Virus record (IMG/VR): IMGVR_UViG_3300024249_000009
Coordinates: 1 to 50,166 of that record
DNA length: 50,166 nucleotides
Source: a virus
Taxonomy: Duplodnaviria > Caudoviricetes
Reading direction: 5' to 3' (one strand)
Positions 16,196 through 25,688 of the stretch are shown here, one piece after another. The translations under genes were made by a program, and so were the position numbers. Positions within the stretch are counted from its first letter, which is position 1. Every line of letters starts with the position of its first letter. The notes under the pieces were generated by a model that saw only the letters and a program-made list of their open reading frames with translations, did no database searches and was not told where the DNA came from.

Positions 16196-17023
16196 ATGAG
16201 CAACGTACAACCATCTCTTTTCCCGGTGATCGAGGACGTCACGACTTTGTGGCGCGCACTCGTGAACGATACATTCACCGGAGTGAGCGGCGTTGCGGGA
16301 TCCGGTCGCATTGCAACCGACGATGCGCCATTCACTCTTCCTTTTCTGAATTCAGCGATCAACAAGGTTCTCCGGGATCTCCGCAACGAAGGCGTGACCT
16401 TTCCGATCAAGGACGGCATCGTCCTGAACGCAGTGCCTCCCGTGGTGCAGTCAGATCCGTCGGTCTTCGTGAACATCGGATACACGGGCACGAACAACGG
16501 GACGACGACGTCCGCTTCGCCAGCGCTACCAGGCGACTGCATGCAGGTTTACACGGTGCGCCAGCGGCAGACGGGATCGAATCTGCAGTTCACTCCGATG
16601 CGTCAGGCGCAGGAAGGCCTTGCATCTTCCTACCAGAACAACTGGCTCGGAATGTGGGAGTGGCGGCAGTACGCCATCTGGCTGAACGGATCGCTCGTGC
16701 CGCAGGACCTGATGATCCGTTATCAATCTGGTCAACCACCGATTAGGGTTGCTGCATCAGCGTTTTCAAGCACTCCTATCTTTATTCTGGACTGTGTTGA
16801 CGCTCTCGCCAACCTGATGGCGGGGATGTACGGACGAGCTCGCGGAGCGAATCCAGTTTCGATCAAGTCCGTCGAAGACGCAGCCGAGGGATACATCAGC
16901 GCCATGGCCGAGGAGTACATCCGTCGGCAGCAGACGGTGACCTATCAGCGGCAGTCGTATCAGGGTGGCGGATCGAACGAAGGCACGTTCACAGATCTTG
17001 GGGCAACCGGGACGGTGCAATAA
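16196..17023 (+). CDS. Probable head-tail adaptor
   Basis: Position; helix-beta-helix layout with LPGDC motif. Confidence 0.55.
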   Translation: MSNVQPSLFPVIEDVTTLWRALVNDTFTGVSGVAGSGRIATDDAPFTLPFLNSAINKVLRDLRNEGVTFPIKDGIVLNAVPPVVQSDPSVFVNIGYTGTNNGTTTSASPALPGDCMQVYTVRQRQTGSNLQFTPMRQAQEGLASSYQNNWLGMWEWRQYAIWLNGSLVPQDLMIRYQSGQPPIRVAASAFSSTPIFILDCVDALANLMAGMYGRARGANPVSIKSVEDAAEGYISAMAEEYIRRQQTVTYQRQSYQGGGSNEGTFTDLGATGTVQ

Positions 17024-18039
17024 TGTCGGTCTTCCGCAAGGACGGCTCGATCAACTCGGCGCAAGGACCAGCTCTGCAGGGCGTCGTCGTTTACGTCTGC
17101 ACGCAACCAGCAGTCACGAATACGGTGCCGCCCTCTCCGCTCGCATCCATCTTCTCGGATAGCGCGGGGCTCGTGCCGATCAATCAATCGACGAATCCGC
17201 TGCAGAGCGACGGCCTCGGCAACTGGTTTTTCTACGCGGCCACGGGCGTCTATACGATTGTGCTCTTCGATCCGATTGGACGGATCCCGACGGTAATCTT
17301 CCCGGATCAGCAAGTCGTGAGTCAGGGCGGGGGATCGGTCACGAGCGTCGCGCTGACAATGCCTGCGGAATTCTCGGTCGCCGGATCCCCGATCAGTTCC
17401 ACTGGAACTTTCGCAGTAACGAAAGCGAACCAGAACGCCAACACTGTCGCCGCCGGACCAACGAGCGGAGGCCCTGCGGCGTGGACTTTCCGGACTCTCG
17501 TCACTGCAGATCTTCCGGCGGGAGTCGGAACTGTAACGAGCGTACAGCTCGCAGTTGCAGCGAGCGCTCTTTTCACGGCGTCGATCACCGGAACGAATCC
17601 GATCATCGCCTCGGGCACGTTCACGCTGAATCTGGGTCTCGCAAACCAGAACGCGAATTCATTTCTCGCCGGACCTGCTTCAGGCGGCGCCGGCGCGACA
17701 GCTTCGCGCTTAATGGTGGCAGCGGATATTTTCGGCATCACCACCGTGGCTTTTGTGGCGACTCCGGTTTTCGACGCGTCCACTTTCCCTTCACCGCTTT
17801 TCAAGATGACGCTGACCGGAAACGTGACCTCGAGTAGTGTGACGAATCCGACGAACGGTCAATTGATCACGTTCGAGCTCACTCAGGACGGCACAGGGAG
17901 TAGGACGTTCGCGTGGCCAGCGGATTTCAAGGGAGCTTCACCGATTGCTCCGGATGCGACGCTCGTCAGCTTGCAGAGTTTTCGTCGTGACGGTTCATTC
18001 TGGCGCGCGGAGAGCCCGGGCATCACGATGGCCCCGTAA
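17023..18039 (+). CDS. Tail fibre/spike-type virion protein
   Basis: N-terminal attachment-like domain (NPLQSDGLGN.FFY); two G.VTSV.L repeats; C-terminal TQDGTGSRT..WP domain. Confidence 0.7.
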   Translation: MSVFRKDGSINSAQGPALQGVVVYVCTQPAVTNTVPPSPLASIFSDSAGLVPINQSTNPLQSDGLGNWFFYAATGVYTIVLFDPIGRIPTVIFPDQQVVSQGGGSVTSVALTMPAEFSVAGSPISSTGTFAVTKANQNANTVAAGPTSGGPAAWTFRTLVTADLPAGVGTVTSVQLAVAASALFTASITGTNPIIASGTFTLNLGLANQNANSFLAGPASGGAGATASRLMVAADIFGITTVAFVATPVFDASTFPSPLFKMTLTGNVTSSSVTNPTNGQLITFELTQDGTGSRTFAWPADFKGASPIAPDATLVSLQSFRRDGSFWRAESPGITMAP

Positions 18040-18123
18040 AGATTTTCACTCGCGCTTCGATGGGCGAGGAAAGTAAGACACTGCAGTCCTTCTCAGGTTG
18101 CAGACAATAGAAGGAGCCACACC

Positions 18124-18501
18124 ATGGCCGTCGCAACACTTACAGTTAAGGCTGGATTCGTACAGACCAACGACCAGCGTACGCAAAGCTTCTGGGGCAC
18201 GTTTCAGGTCAGCGCGCCGACGGACATTTATCCGGCCGGTGGGTTCTCTCTGGATCCTGTGCTTCTGGCAGCTCTCCAGCCGAACACTAATACTGGTTTA
18301 ATCGGATTTCAGGCGAACGGTTCCGGTGCTGGTTATATCTATCAGCGCATTCCGTCCACCGGAAAACTGATGGTCTTGCAGGTTCCTTTCAACGGATCGC
18401 TCACCACGGCGGCGCCGCTGATTCAGTATCCGTCCTCGGCGGTGTCTGGCATCTGGGCTGACGTGATCAGCTTTGAAGCCATCTATCTCCGCAACGCGTA
18501 A
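18124..18501 (+). CDS. Small virion (decoration-like) protein
   Basis: AAGGAG RBS; YPAGG motif; beta-rich. Confidence 0.6.
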   Translation: MAVATLTVKAGFVQTNDQRTQSFWGTFQVSAPTDIYPAGGFSLDPVLLAALQPNTNTGLIGFQANGSGAGYIYQRIPSTGKLMVLQVPFNGSLTTAAPLIQYPSSAVSGIWADVISFEAIYLRNA

Positions 18502-18953
18502 GCCTTATTTTCGGCTTGTTGCTTCCATGTGGCCCAACGGCAATTACTCGGCTCGTAGTTGCCGTTGGGGTCCGGGAATCTATCCAAGGTGAGACGCGGA
18601 GATTTTTTGTGACCCATATCAGCGAGAAAATTCGCAAAGGACTTTTTCCATCTGGAGCACACAGTTACACCTCTACCCCCGTACCTATGGAAGCTGTGAT
18701 AGTTGGGATTGAGACAACGCTGAAGCATGTTCCAGTAAGAAAAATATTCCGGCTTTCCCCAGTGCCCGTGTTTAGAAAGCGCGCATCCGCAACTCGTTGT
18801 TTGTTTCCCAACGAGATTTTTCCCGAGAGCGCGCTTTGTCTTTCCGCAATCGCAGAGGCACAACCAGAGAGATCCACTTTTTCTATTTGGGATCCGTTTG
18901 ATTACCACAAGTCTTCCAAAGCGGAGTCCTTGAAGTGTGAGCGCTTTTCTCAT
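18483..18953 (-). CDS. HNH homing endonuclease (antisense, leaderless)
   Basis: GLRFGRL...WLCLCDCG...TTSCGC...YGGRGVTVCSRW...NYEPSNCRWAT. Confidence 0.9.
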   Translation of the reverse strand: MRKALTLQGLRFGRLVVIKRIPNRKSGSLWLCLCDCGKTKRALGKNLVGKQTTSCGCALSKHGHWGKPEYFSYWNMLQRCLNPNYHSFHRYGGRGVTVCSRWKKSFANFLADMGHKKSPRLTLDRFPDPNGNYEPSNCRWATWKQQAENKAYALRR

Positions 18954-18960
18954 TTCGTGC

Positions 18961-18989
18961 ATTTTATAAGGGAGTAGTAAAATTAACAA
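18961..18989 (-). promoter_or_regulatory. Sigma70 promoter for the antisense HNH
   Basis: TTGTTA-17 nt-TAAAAT on the minus strand, 7 nt before ATG 18953. Confidence 0.65.
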
Positions 18990-21900
18990 CGCTGATCAGC
19001 CTTTCATCTCTGCACCGATGGAGTTGATGGGTGGCCTCTACACCGAGGCCACGCCTGAATCGCTCCCGCTCGGCGCGAGCCCCCGCGTAATCAACTGCGA
19101 TTTCATTCTTGGTTCGGTCTTTCAGCGCCCGGGAAAACAAAGCCAGTTCTACTTCGGAAGTATCTTCATCGAAAATGTCACGAAGTCGGCATCGAGTGTC
19201 GCTGGATCGCAGGCGCCGAATGAAGCCGCCTGGTCGAACCCAACCAACGCCACGAAAAATATTCCCGGGACGTACGCTTCCGTCACACTGAATTTCGGTG
19301 GTGGAACTGGTCCGATTGGTCCTGTCGATAAAGTGGTGACCGCTGGATCTAACATTGCTCAGGCAGGATTTTCCGTTGGTCCCATCACGCCGAGTCTCGC
19401 CGGAGAGTGGGCTTTCCTCGCTCTCCATTCGTCTGGAACTGTTTACGCCCCGCCTTTTGCCGTATTCGATTCCGTGAGCGTCCAAGCCAGCGCACTGTTC
19501 ACTGGCCTGAATCCACTTACTGCCACTGGAAATTTCGGTGGACCGAATCAGACATGGGCTGCTGTTCTCGCTTCGTTTTTCACAAACGGATCCACGCCAG
19601 TAGTCTTTAACACCAATCACGGAAACAACTCGGCGTCTTTCCCAGTGTCGTCGATGGTGGTCAATCTTCCGCACTCCACGGTTCAGGGGCATACGATTCT
19701 CGTGACCTGTTACGACCTCGGTGCCGTCAACCTGAACAACGTCACTGCCGTAGACAACCTCGGGAACAACTACACGCTGATCGGGAAGTCGCAGAACGGC
19801 ATTGGCGGCCGCGACATGTTCCTGCTTGGCCTTGCGAACATCCCTGCGGGAATCACTCAACTCACGATCTCAAAGTCTGGTGGTTTTGCCAGTGCCCAGT
19901 GCGAAGTGCAGGAAATCGCTAACTTCTCTTCTCCACCACCGACCCCGGGAGTGAGCCAGATCCTGCAGTCGCTGAATTTCGCATTCAACATTCCATCGAC
20001 ACAATTCGTGCTCGGCATGGAAGTCGAAGTCAGCGGGAATCAATCGGACCTGACGGCCAACTCGATCCTGACGGCGACAGTCGTCAGCGGTGGCGTTACA
20101 TCGGCGCCTGTCACTGGCCAGCTTCCTTCTGTCGATGGGACTATCGCCCTCGGCCAGCCAACTTCCAACTTCGGATTTGCACTGACTCCTGCGTTCATGA
20201 ACAGCCCGAACCTCACCGTGAATCTGGTGGCGAGCGCATCGGCGGCGAACGCTGTTTTCAATATCTATGCCGTGAAACTGAAAGTTTTCGTGACACCAAA
20301 TCCGCCGCCGAATTTCAACTACATCAAAACCTTTGCAGAGACGGGCGGCGAAGTACTGACGCTGGTGCTCGGAAGCGACGGAGTCTTCTACCAGGAAGAC
20401 GCGATCAATGCTCCGGGCGTGCTCACGGGTGTCGCCACGAATATTCTTCCGGATAGTTTCGCGCAGTCCGCGACAGTCGATGATCGTGAGTTCATCGCGG
20501 TATCGAATCTGCAGAACGGCACCGATGTACCGCGCACCTACACGCCGCCGAATTTCGACCGCCTGAGCCAAGTGGGCCCGGGAGCTCCTCCGGCGGCTTC
20601 CTCTTCCTCGGCGTCGAATACCATCGTGTCGATCACGCAGCCGACGGTGAAAAGCGACGTCGCTAATCCGGGACATCTTTCCGGGATCCTGTGGTCCGCT
20701 GGCCCCGGATCCACCGCTGTTGGAAACGTGCTCACCGTTTATTACGTCGGAACAAATTTCCAGCCAGTTGCTGATCCGGATCTCGTGATCGGCGCCGGCG
20801 TGCAACTTGCCGGAATCGATCCCTCACAATTCGCTGGCCAGACGGTGAACGGCGATTACATCATCACGAGCGTTGGACAGGGCGTTCCTCCGGGCGCGGC
20901 ACAATCGCGCTGGTATTTCACGGTGACGATGCCGTCGTCGCAGTCGATCAATCAGGCGAATCACATCGAAGCGCACGCACCGACAGGAACCTATCAGGTG
21001 ACAACGGCAACCCTGACGGCTGCCGCGCAGGTTCCGAATCTCGAGGTTGGCGGCACGCTGCAGATTTCCGGGACCGGAGGAGCTCCGACTGCCGGATACG
21101 ATGGCAGCTGGACCGTCAACGCCACGCCGAACGCTTCGCAGCTGCAGATCACGAGCACGGTGCTCAATGGAAACGTGGCGACGTACGGATTCAACCTGAT
21201 CACGGGAACGAATCCTGTCGTCGGCCAGATCATCACTGTCAGCGGAACACTGAACGGAAACGGGATCTTCAACGTCCAGAATCAGGCGATCTCCGCGACG
21301 TCGCCGGGATCGTTCTCGATCACCTTGTTCGGTCCCAATGTTTCGTCAGCTGCTGAAACCGGATCAGGCATCATTTTCGGAACGATCTTCCAATTTGATC
21401 CTCTGGTGATCGTCGGCAACAGGCTCGGTGGGAATCTCGTCACCACCGGGATCATCAGCGCTGGCGTGCGGAAGGTCTGCTACTCGTTCCTGACGCGAAA
21501 TGGCTTCATGACCCAGCCTTCGCCGATTACGACTTTCGATGTGACATCCGGCGCCGCGAACCTGCAGATCTCGAATCTCCTGACCGGACCCTCGAACGTG
21601 ATCGCCCGGGTGATCCACCTGACGGCCGCGAACGGCAGCAACTTCTACAATATTCCCGAGCCCGTTCCGATAAATGACAACGGAACGATTGTCACCAGCA
21701 CATCGACGTGGGTGAACGACAACACGACCCAGAGCGTCACACTGAGTTTTTCAGATGGTGTGCTCCTCGCCGCCGATCAGATCGATATTCAGGGAAACAA
21801 CCTCTTCGAGAATATCGAGCTCGGAAGCTGTGTTGCGCTGATCCCTTACAACCAGCGGATCTTCGCCGTCGGCGAACAGAACAAGATCACAAATCTGCTG

Positions 21901-23553
21901 AACTTTTCCTTTGACGGCGGCATTACGGCCTCCGGAGCTCCAGCCGGATGGACCGTGGATCCAACGAACGGCGCCGGCGGCAGCGTTGTGAGCTCGCCCG
22001 TTTTCGGAAACGCTTATCAGATCCTGAATTCCTCGGGCATTTCGCAAGCAACCTACGGGATGATCACGCAGAACGCGTTCGAGGATGAATTCCTCGTGCC
22101 GATCATCAACGCGTCAACGACGTACAGCGTGCGCGTGACCGCACAGGTGCCGACAGGAGCTGCTGGCGGAAATCTTGTCGTGGATCTCTTCAGCCCGTCG
22201 TTCAACAAAGTTTTCGGATCGTTCACTCAGGCGCTCTCCGGAATCGCGACAACGATGCAGATCTTTACCGGGACGCTGCTGACGACAACCTTTGCTCCAG
22301 TTCCCAGCGATCTCCTGATCCGGATCTACGCGACGACGATTGCGAATGGCGTCGAAGTGATCATTGATCGCATCGAGCCATTCCCCACGGAGACGCCGAA
22401 CCTGAACGTGCAGGTGATCGGTTCTTATAGCGAGGCTTTCGAGCAGTTTGATCGTCTGACTGGAATCGTGAAGGCGAACCAGCAGAACCAGCAGCCAGTC
22501 GTTTCCGGATTCGTGCTCTCTGGAAATTTCTATCTCGTGAAGACTGGCTCGATCGTCGCCGTCAACAGCAATGACACGACGGAGCCATCGTTCTGGAATA
22601 CGCCGCGCGTCATTTCTCAAACCGTCGGTGCTGTCGGTCCTTACGCTGTTTCGCTCGCCATCGACACGAAGAATTCCGGCGAAGAGTGGGCCGTCATCGC
22701 CAACCAGGCAGGAGCATTCCTCTTTCAGGGCAGCCAGCCGATCAAGCTTTCTGAAGAGATCCAGCGGCTCTGGAACATGATCAACTGGATCGTCGGCTAC
22801 ACAGTGTGGGTGCAGAACGACATCATCAACCGCAGGATCCTGATCGGCGTGCCGCTTAAGGCGCTGCAGGTGGATGGAACCGTGCCGACGTGGCTCCCTG
22901 CAGGACTTTTCACGGACAACAATCCGCAGACCCCGAATGCGATCCTTGCGCTGAACTACAAGCAGCTGAACACGGCGAACGCGCTCGCAAGCGACGTGAT
23001 GATCCACCGGAGCTACTCCGGGAAACTGATCGCCTCGGACATCGTGCGGAAGTGGTCGATCTGGACCGTGAAGGCGCCGTGCGCCGCCTTCGTGCAGCGG
23101 CTGGACACAACGACACCGCTCTTCCTCGGGAATTCGGATCACAACGGAAAGATCTTCGCGCTAATCGAGGGCCTGCTGCAGGATGACGGCAATGCCGTCA
23201 ACCAGATCTACGCGACAGCAGGCTTCATGCCGACAGAGGCCGCCGAAGGAATGCAGCTGGGCGTCACGCGGTTCACATTCGAGTACGCGACGATGGTGAT
23301 CGACGGATCTGGAACTGTCGTGACGACGGTCTATCCGAACACGCTCGACACTCCGTACTCGCACGTCCTGTTGCCGAATCTGGCGCTGCCGGCGTCTACC
23401 AACGGAGACGTCGAAATGCCGCTGAACGAAACCGGATCGCGTCTCTTCCTGATCTTCAGCTCGAACGCAGTTGGATCAGGATACGAGCTCTCGCGGCTGA
23501 TCGTGATGATGACAAAGGATCCATGGAGCCCGATCCGTGGCGTGAATAACTGA
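18982..23553 (+). CDS. Large tail nozzle/stabilisation protein; probable ATT start at 18982 (first ATG 19018)
   Basis: GGL.TE..P..LP.GASP...NCDF N-terminus; PIKLSEEI motif typical of P22 gp10-like proteins; AAGGGAG 7 nt before the in-frame ATT. Confidence 0.75.
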   Translation: MNNADQPFISAPMELMGGLYTEATPESLPLGASPRVINCDFILGSVFQRPGKQSQFYFGSIFIENVTKSASSVAGSQAPNEAAWSNPTNATKNIPGTYASVTLNFGGGTGPIGPVDKVVTAGSNIAQAGFSVGPITPSLAGEWAFLALHSSGTVYAPPFAVFDSVSVQASALFTGLNPLTATGNFGGPNQTWAAVLASFFTNGSTPVVFNTNHGNNSASFPVSSMVVNLPHSTVQGHTILVTCYDLGAVNLNNVTAVDNLGNNYTLIGKSQNGIGGRDMFLLGLANIPAGITQLTISKSGGFASAQCEVQEIANFSSPPPTPGVSQILQSLNFAFNIPSTQFVLGMEVEVSGNQSDLTANSILTATVVSGGVTSAPVTGQLPSVDGTIALGQPTSNFGFALTPAFMNSPNLTVNLVASASAANAVFNIYAVKLKVFVTPNPPPNFNYIKTFAETGGEVLTLVLGSDGVFYQEDAINAPGVLTGVATNILPDSFAQSATVDDREFIAVSNLQNGTDVPRTYTPPNFDRLSQVGPGAPPAASSSSASNTIVSITQPTVKSDVANPGHLSGILWSAGPGSTAVGNVLTVYYVGTNFQPVADPDLVIGAGVQLAGIDPSQFAGQTVNGDYIITSVGQGVPPGAAQSRWYFTVTMPSSQSINQANHIEAHAPTGTYQVTTATLTAAAQVPNLEVGGTLQISGTGGAPTAGYDGSWTVNATPNASQLQITSTVLNGNVATYGFNLITGTNPVVGQIITVSGTLNGNGIFNVQNQAISATSPGSFSITLFGPNVSSAAETGSGIIFGTIFQFDPLVIVGNRLGGNLVTTGIISAGVRKVCYSFLTRNGFMTQPSPITTFDVTSGAANLQISNLLTGPSNVIARVIHLTAANGSNFYNIPEPVPINDNGTIVTSTSTWVNDNTTQSVTLSFSDGVLLAADQIDIQGNNLFENIELGSCVALIPYNQRIFAVGEQNKITNLLNFSFDGGITASGAPAGWTVDPTNGAGGSVVSSPVFGNAYQILNSSGISQATYGMITQNAFEDEFLVPIINASTTYSVRVTAQVPTGAAGGNLVVDLFSPSFNKVFGSFTQALSGIATTMQIFTGTLLTTTFAPVPSDLLIRIYATTIANGVEVIIDRIEPFPTETPNLNVQVIGSYSEAFEQFDRLTGIVKANQQNQQPVVSGFVLSGNFYLVKTGSIVAVNSNDTTEPSFWNTPRVISQTVGAVGPYAVSLAIDTKNSGEEWAVIANQAGAFLFQGSQPIKLSEEIQRLWNMINWIVGYTVWVQNDIINRRILIGVPLKALQVDGTVPTWLPAGLFTDNNPQTPNAILALNYKQLNTANALASDVMIHRSYSGKLIASDIVRKWSIWTVKAPCAAFVQRLDTTTPLFLGNSDHNGKIFALIEGLLQDDGNAVNQIYATAGFMPTEAAEGMQLGVTRFTFEYATMVIDGSGTVVTTVYPNTLDTPYSHVLLPNLALPASTNGDVEMPLNETGSRLFLIFSSNAVGSGYELSRLIVMMTKDPWSPIRGVNN

Positions 23554-23562
23554 GGCTTAATT

Positions 23563-24156
23563 ATGCCCATCGACATCGAAAAGGAGATCACCTTCCTCCG
23601 CAACATTCCGGAGATCGGACGCTATCTGGGTGAAGCGTTCCGGAAGATGGTCGATGGAACAAATCTGCTGGGCCAGAATTCAGCGGTGGATGCGGTTGGA
23701 ACGATGCCGCCGCCTCCGACAGTGCAGCAGCTGCAGGTGAAGACAAACGGCGCAGGCCTCGTCCACGCCGTGATCACCGATAACAATCCGATCCAGAGGA
23801 ACCTGCACTACTTCGTCGAGTACGATACGGATCCAAGTTTTCTAAAGCCGCACGTCGTTCACCTCGGCGCATCCCGTTCAATGAACCCGTTGAACCTGCC
23901 AGCGCTCGACGACAACGGGAATCCGCAGAAGTTTTATTTTCGCGCCTATTCGCAGTACCCGGGAAGCAAACCAGGCACAGTGGTGCATTTTGGCGGCGAC
24001 ATGCCGACGGCAGTCGATCCCGGAGGAACGCAGCAGATGACGCTGCTCCCATCGACGGGATCCGGAACCGCGCAAGCGACAGGTGAGCAGGGCGGATCTG
24101 GTTTTGGTAAAGTCCTCTTCAGGCCAGCGCCCAGTGCGAAGAGGTCCGCGAAGTGA
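23563..24156 (+). CDS. Virion protein, FN3-like
   Basis: PPPP..LQV...YFVEY...YFRAYSQY. Confidence 0.65.
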   Translation: MPIDIEKEITFLRNIPEIGRYLGEAFRKMVDGTNLLGQNSAVDAVGTMPPPPTVQQLQVKTNGAGLVHAVITDNNPIQRNLHYFVEYDTDPSFLKPHVVHLGASRSMNPLNLPALDDNGNPQKFYFRAYSQYPGSKPGTVVHFGGDMPTAVDPGGTQQMTLLPSTGSGTAQATGEQGGSGFGKVLFRPAPSAKRSAK

Positions 24157-24578
24157 TCAGGCATTTCGACTTCAGTGAAATAGAAAAAGCGCGTGAGATT
24201 CACAAGGCAAACGGACTCGACGAAAGATGCTTCCCGGATCTCGAAGTCAGGACCGAGAAGGGCGATATCGTTCCGAATCCGCTTTTTGTCGTGAAAGAAG
24301 TTTTCGAGCACGAAGGCGCGCCAGTGCTGATGAGCTTTCTGAAGATCACCTCGGAGCTCTACCTGCTCGTCGATCACACGGTGGGAACGCCAGCGGATCG
24401 CTGGGAGTGGCTCAAGGCTTTCAAGGAGCACATGAAAGTGGAAGCGTGGCGGCTGGGTCTCGATCAGATGTCTTGCTGGATTCCACCGGAGATTGATAAG
24501 GCTTTCTCGAAAAGACTGTTAGAATTGGGGTTCATTAAGAGTCCCTATGTCTGCTACACGCTTTTGATCGAGGACTGA
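24153..24578 (+). CDS. GNAT-like assembly protein (P22 gp14/T7 gp13 position)
   Basis: MIRHF start, RLLELGF end; lies before the ejection genes. Confidence 0.55.
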   Translation: MIRHFDFSEIEKAREIHKANGLDERCFPDLEVRTEKGDIVPNPLFVVKEVFEHEGAPVLMSFLKITSELYLLVDHTVGTPADRWEWLKAFKEHMKVEAWRLGLDQMSCWIPPEIDKAFSKRLLELGFIKSPYVCYTLLIED

Positions 24579-24982
24579 TGCCCTACCGAAATCGTTCTGA
24601 CCGTCTTGCTCGAGCTCGAAGATTCTATAAAAACAACTCGCAAATAGTCCAAAGTGAAAACCGGATCAATCGATGGAGGAGAAACTTCAAAGTCACTGAG
24701 GATGATCTCCTGCGAATGCTCGATGAGCAAAAGGAACTTTGTGCAGTTTGCGGGGAGCCTTTTCTTGACGGTTTCAGGTCACTTACGGAAAGAGGTACTG
24801 TGGATCTTGTAGCCACAATAGATCACGACCATCGATGCTGCCCAGGAGAAAAGTGTTGCGGAAAGTGTATCCGTGGAATCGTTCACTTCAAATGTAACCG
24901 GCTAATGGGTCTGGCTGACGACGACGCAACAATTCTAAAGAAGTGCATTGAATATCTGGAAAAGCACGGCGTTACGTGTTAG
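24578..24982 (+). CDS. Endonuclease VII-like homing endonuclease
   Basis: Q..LCAVC...IDHDH.CC...CIRG.VH..CN..MG..DD...L....EYL. Confidence 0.9.
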   Translation: MPYRNRSDRLARARRFYKNNSQIVQSENRINRWRRNFKVTEDDLLRMLDEQKELCAVCGEPFLDGFRSLTERGTVDLVATIDHDHRCCPGEKCCGKCIRGIVHFKCNRLMGLADDDATILKKCIEYLEKHGVTC

Positions 24983-25019
24983 ATTCAAAACCGAATCGGG
25001 TATAGTGAGGAGCATTCCC

Positions 25020-25679
25020 ATGGCCCGATTTCTTCTCAATCCAACCTTCTCAATCGAAACAGGCCAGCTTCTTTCTCACGACGGGGAATTCTTCGAAGAA
25101 CCTAAAATCCTTTTTGATCGCGGCGCCGCCGGAACAGCGAAGAAACTCGGCCAGCAGGCCGGAGAAACCGGAGCAACGGCTGGATCCGAAGCCGCCGTTG
25201 ATCGATCCTCCGTCATTCCCGGGTTAGTTCGCGACGTCAACAATCCAACTGGATTCACTCCTGAGCAGCAGAACAATATGCTCGTGAAGCAGCAGGAAGC
25301 GGCTGGCGGTGGAAACGCAGCCGTGACCGGAGAAGGGCGCCTTGCGGCCTTGCGTACGCGCACCGCCGGAGGTTTCGCGCCGGCGCTCGCCGAAGCCGCG
25401 CGTTCAAAGGGACGCACGCTCGCGACAGGAGCTCTCGACGTAGCGAACCGCAACGCGGAGCTCGAGCAGCAGAAGCAAGCGCAGGCGCGCCAGCAACTGC
25501 TCGGACTGTACGGCGTCGATACATCGAATATGTTGAAATCCATGGGCCTGCAGTCTCAGGATCTTCAGGATCAGCTCGCCGCTGGCCGTCAGGGCTGGCT
25601 GCAGAACACCGAAGGCGTGCTGGGTACCCTCGGAAATCTCGGATCGAGTGCGGCTGGAGTTAAGAAAGCGTTCGCCTAA
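25020..25679 (+). CDS. Ejection (internal virion) protein 1
   Basis: GAGGAG RBS before ATG 25020; A/G/Q-rich helical sequence. Confidence 0.65.
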   Translation: MARFLLNPTFSIETGQLLSHDGEFFEEPKILFDRGAAGTAKKLGQQAGETGATAGSEAAVDRSSVIPGLVRDVNNPTGFTPEQQNNMLVKQQEAAGGGNAAVTGEGRLAALRTRTAGGFAPALAEAARSKGRTLATGALDVANRNAELEQQKQAQARQQLLGLYGVDTSNMLKSMGLQSQDLQDQLAAGRQGWLQNTEGVLGTLGNLGSSAAGVKKAFA

Positions 25680-25688
25680 GGGAAACTG

